Below, in pieces: positions 61,649 through 64,000 of a DNA stretch of 64,000 bases. The position numbers and the translations under genes are program-made. The notes below the pieces were generated by a model. It had not been told where the DNA came from and searched no databases. It worked only from the letters and a program-made list of their open reading frames with translations. The stretch's first letter is position 1. Each line of letters starts with the position of its first letter. The stretch is taken from the IMG/VR virus record IMGVR_UViG_3300020576_003495, positions 1 through 64,000 of that record; one strand, 5' to 3'. This DNA comes from a virus (taxonomy: Duplodnaviria; Caudoviricetes).

Positions 61649-63472
61649 ATGACCACCAGCACGGTTGATTCCTTAATCCTCATTCCTGTAGGAGAACCCG
61701 CAACGTTATGGGACGTTAGCGAGGATTGGAATTACCTAGAAACCCCCAGTCAGATATACGATAAGCGCCTGTCCGTGCGAAAGTTCGTGCGCTACCCTGA
61801 ACGAGTAAGTGCAAGTGCCCCCGTAAGTTACAATGCGCTAGTCCGCTTTTCTGTTAGAAAAACAGTTCATAGGGCGCTCTATTCTCCTGTTAACAAAAGC
61901 GGCGACGTTTTGTATTCGTCCTACAACCGTGTTGCTTGTAGGAAGACGCTGAAGAACGCTTTGTATAGTCCTGTGGTGACCAGTTATGCGGCACTATGGG
62001 GGCCAGTGGTGTCTCGACTGACTGTTTCGTTCGGTGTTCGCTATTCACGGTGGGACGCTGTAGTATCCAGCAACCCCCTGTCTTACCTCACGGGGACTCG
62101 CGTTAGTGCGAGGTACAGCGCACAGTACATGATACTAGCCCACTGCACGGTGAGCCATGCCGTGTCTTATTACGACTACACAAGGTTGTATAAGTCGGTA
62201 TCGGTGCATTACTCAGTGAAAGATACAGACAGGGTATTTAAGCGTGCAAACGTGCAGTACTTGTCTGTCTTAGTCACGGGTGTTGCTATTATTCCTGTAG
62301 AACCTATCATCATTATTGACTCCGAGTTAGTCTATGTAAAAGACATGACGGTATCTGCGGATGAAGGAAACTTCACCTATTCTTGTGAAGCTACGCTGGC
62401 TAACTACGCTGATTTCCCAAAGTTTTTAGCCAACAAAGAATTCCATGTGAACATTCAGGGCGAGATTTATTACTTTGTGGTCGACAGTCGATCCATGGAC
62501 AGGAAAGATATAACCGCCCCCCACGCCACTGTTAGAGGCTTATCCAGAACATCCCTGCTTACGGGGGCAAAGTCTAAACAAATCATCGGTATAACGATAG
62601 ACACACCGAAGACAGCGAACGAAATTGCTAATCTTCTGGTTTATGATAGCACGATAAATCGCTCTGGCTACATCCCACCACCGGGCGATATGTCTTGGGA
62701 GATTCTTGATTGGGGATTACCCGCCTATCGTTTCGGTGTGGAGAATCAATACCCGCTAGACTCAGTGAAATTACTTGCAGAAGCAGTTGGCGGTGTCGTT
62801 GAATCCACGCCAGAAGGTAACATCAGAGTTAGGTACAAGCACCCTGTTGCTGTTCCTACGTATTCAGATGCTACGACAGACCACTTTTTATTAGATTCTG
62901 ACGATATTCTGTCCATGCAGGAGCGGCATTCACCCAACAAAAAGACGGATAGCATCTATGTCAAGACGTTCCAAGACATCGGTGTGGCTGACGTTATTGA
63001 GTTCTTCGATGTGGAAACTGTTGGGGGCGATTTAGGGTATTTTGACGATGGTAGAACAGCCTACTCTGGTGGTTTTGTTCGAGTTTTCCCAGCTATTTGG
63101 CGGGACAACGTTGAGCTATATACCACGAATAAAAACGTAGAACTTGAGTACCTTGGTATTGAAAATTGGCGTCCTAATGAGTGGCAAGCACCAGATTTCG
63201 GGTGGGAACTTATAGAGATAACTCGATCACAAGGTTCAGCACGGTACCCTGTGTGTGCCATCCAGAGTTACGGGTATCTCACCGAACCTGCGGGTAGCAT
63301 CATCATGCAAGACTACTCAAAGACGTTTTATACATCCGATTTAAACATTAGATTCAGTATGCTTAAGTTAAAATACACCACACGTTGTCATCTTTGGAAA
63401 CTGAAGGCACCGGGCGGAACGCATCTACAGCTTTGCGTCCGTGATACGGTTTTCAACTCTTACTTGAGGTAG
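61649..63472 (+). CDS. tail hub/baseplate-like protein
   Basis: W.I.DW.LP..F....P...V..LAEAVGGVVES.P.G...VRY motif. Confidence 0.65.
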   Translation: MTTSTVDSLILIPVGEPATLWDVSEDWNYLETPSQIYDKRLSVRKFVRYPERVSASAPVSYNALVRFSVRKTVHRALYSPVNKSGDVLYSSYNRVACRKTLKNALYSPVVTSYAALWGPVVSRLTVSFGVRYSRWDAVVSSNPLSYLTGTRVSARYSAQYMILAHCTVSHAVSYYDYTRLYKSVSVHYSVKDTDRVFKRANVQYLSVLVTGVAIIPVEPIIIIDSELVYVKDMTVSADEGNFTYSCEATLANYADFPKFLANKEFHVNIQGEIYYFVVDSRSMDRKDITAPHATVRGLSRTSLLTGAKSKQIIGITIDTPKTANEIANLLVYDSTINRSGYIPPPGDMSWEILDWGLPAYRFGVENQYPLDSVKLLAEAVGGVVESTPEGNIRVRYKHPVAVPTYSDATTDHFLLDSDDILSMQERHSPNKKTDSIYVKTFQDIGVADVIEFFDVETVGGDLGYFDDGRTAYSGGFVRVFPAIWRDNVELYTTNKNVELEYLGIENWRPNEWQAPDFGWELIEITRSQGSARYPVCAIQSYGYLTEPAGSIIMQDYSKTFYTSDLNIRFSMLKLKYTTRCHLWKLKAPGGTHLQLCVRDTVFNSYLR

Positions 63473-63478
63473 ACCACC

Positions 63479-64000
63479 ATGGCACTAGAACAACATGCCG
63501 TAACAACCACCATATCCTGTAGTGTCTCTGGGGGAGAGGGGCATCTCCAAGGGGAGATAGATTCCCGACCTTATGGCTTAAATGGTGGGCGTTCTCAGTA
63601 CTTCCCCGGCGATGACTGTTTCGTACTTATCTACAAATCAATCAACGTGACCATCATGGGGTCTTTCGTTACGGGGGGTAGCTTTAGCCACAACGTTCCG
63701 GGTCTTTCGGTTGGTTATAACATTGTTCGTGAGGGGCTATCCTTCTCTACCCCTGTTGCTAATTTCTCTAAGCCAGCCCCATCCAATTTGATCGTACTTA
63801 ATGCTTTGTATCTTCAAAGCGGTGGGTTTACTTTCGTCCCCAACACCACGGTAGCTCGACTTCTCACGTGGGTAGGCTCAGGCGACCCTGCGGCACAACC
63901 CCCCTATGCTTTTGTCTTTGTTGAGTACTCACCTACCGCACAGGTTGGTAAATTCAGCAATCTTCCTGCTCCCCCAACAGGCTCCGTCTTTAGCTGGCCT
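63479..64000 (+). CDS. partial tail protein (3'-truncated)
   Basis: GAGG RBS; MALEQHAV..EIDSRPYGLNGG..F.PGD, appears open to the window end. Confidence 0.65.
   Translation, partial: MALEQHAVTTTISCSVSGGEGHLQGEIDSRPYGLNGGRSQYFPGDDCFVLIYKSINVTIMGSFVTGGSFSHNVPGLSVGYNIVREGLSFSTPVANFSKPAPSNLIVLNALYLQSGGFTFVPNTTVARLLTWVGSGDPAAQPPYAFVFVEYSPTAQVGKFSNLPAPPTGSVFSWP

Larger units (their letters stand above)
3083..62779. repeat. dispersed 14-bp near-palindrome TGCAAGTAATTTCA / TGAAATTACTTGCA
   Basis: Exact at 6693, 10247, 14258, 34039, 38031, 59583, 62766; variants at 3083, 11273, 17965, 28290, 31640, 41953, 43686, 54085. Confidence 0.85.

Noticed and set aside
1-64000. CRISPR array, tRNA, rRNA, integrase
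   Set aside because: No regularly spaced repeat-spacer array, cloverleaf or recombinase motif was recognised by eye; a tRNAscan run is still advisable
1-64000. Alternative genetic code (stop recoding)
   Set aside because: Core genes are intact under the standard code and coding density is high

Overview
The window is a 64-kb segment of a large tailed dsDNA phage. It is most likely a long-tailed siphovirus-like phage (no tail sheath gene is seen) using sigma70-type promoters. Order: small early/accessory genes with two HNH endonucleases (1-14 kb); a truncated PPDK-like kinase / two CX5R phosphatase / CsrA-like module (14-21 kb); a family A DNA polymerase with three inteins (21.5-27 kb); GIY-YIG endonuclease; portal; XkdF-like prohead protease; six His/Lys-rich putative head-cargo genes; scaffold; major capsid; neck and tail genes; an antisense early-gene island; a frameshifted tail chaperone; a 3059-aa tape measure; tail-tip genes. 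Most notable: (1) a shared MF-x-x-(I/M)-(L/M)..K leader plus short post-Lys motifs on many unrelated proteins, suggesting a capsid-targeting and protease-release system for injected effectors, including ADP-ribosyltransferase-like domains; (2) two inteins whose HNH endonuclease is encoded in the +1 frame; (3) a 14-bp near-palindrome repeated about every 3-4 kb; (4) a gene whose N- and C-termini were each replaced next to an HNH gene, leaving the old ends as relics; (5) the PPDK-like/phosphatase module. No tRNA, rRNA, CRISPR array, integrase or terminase was recognised. All family assignments are from motif recognition by eye, not database searches.
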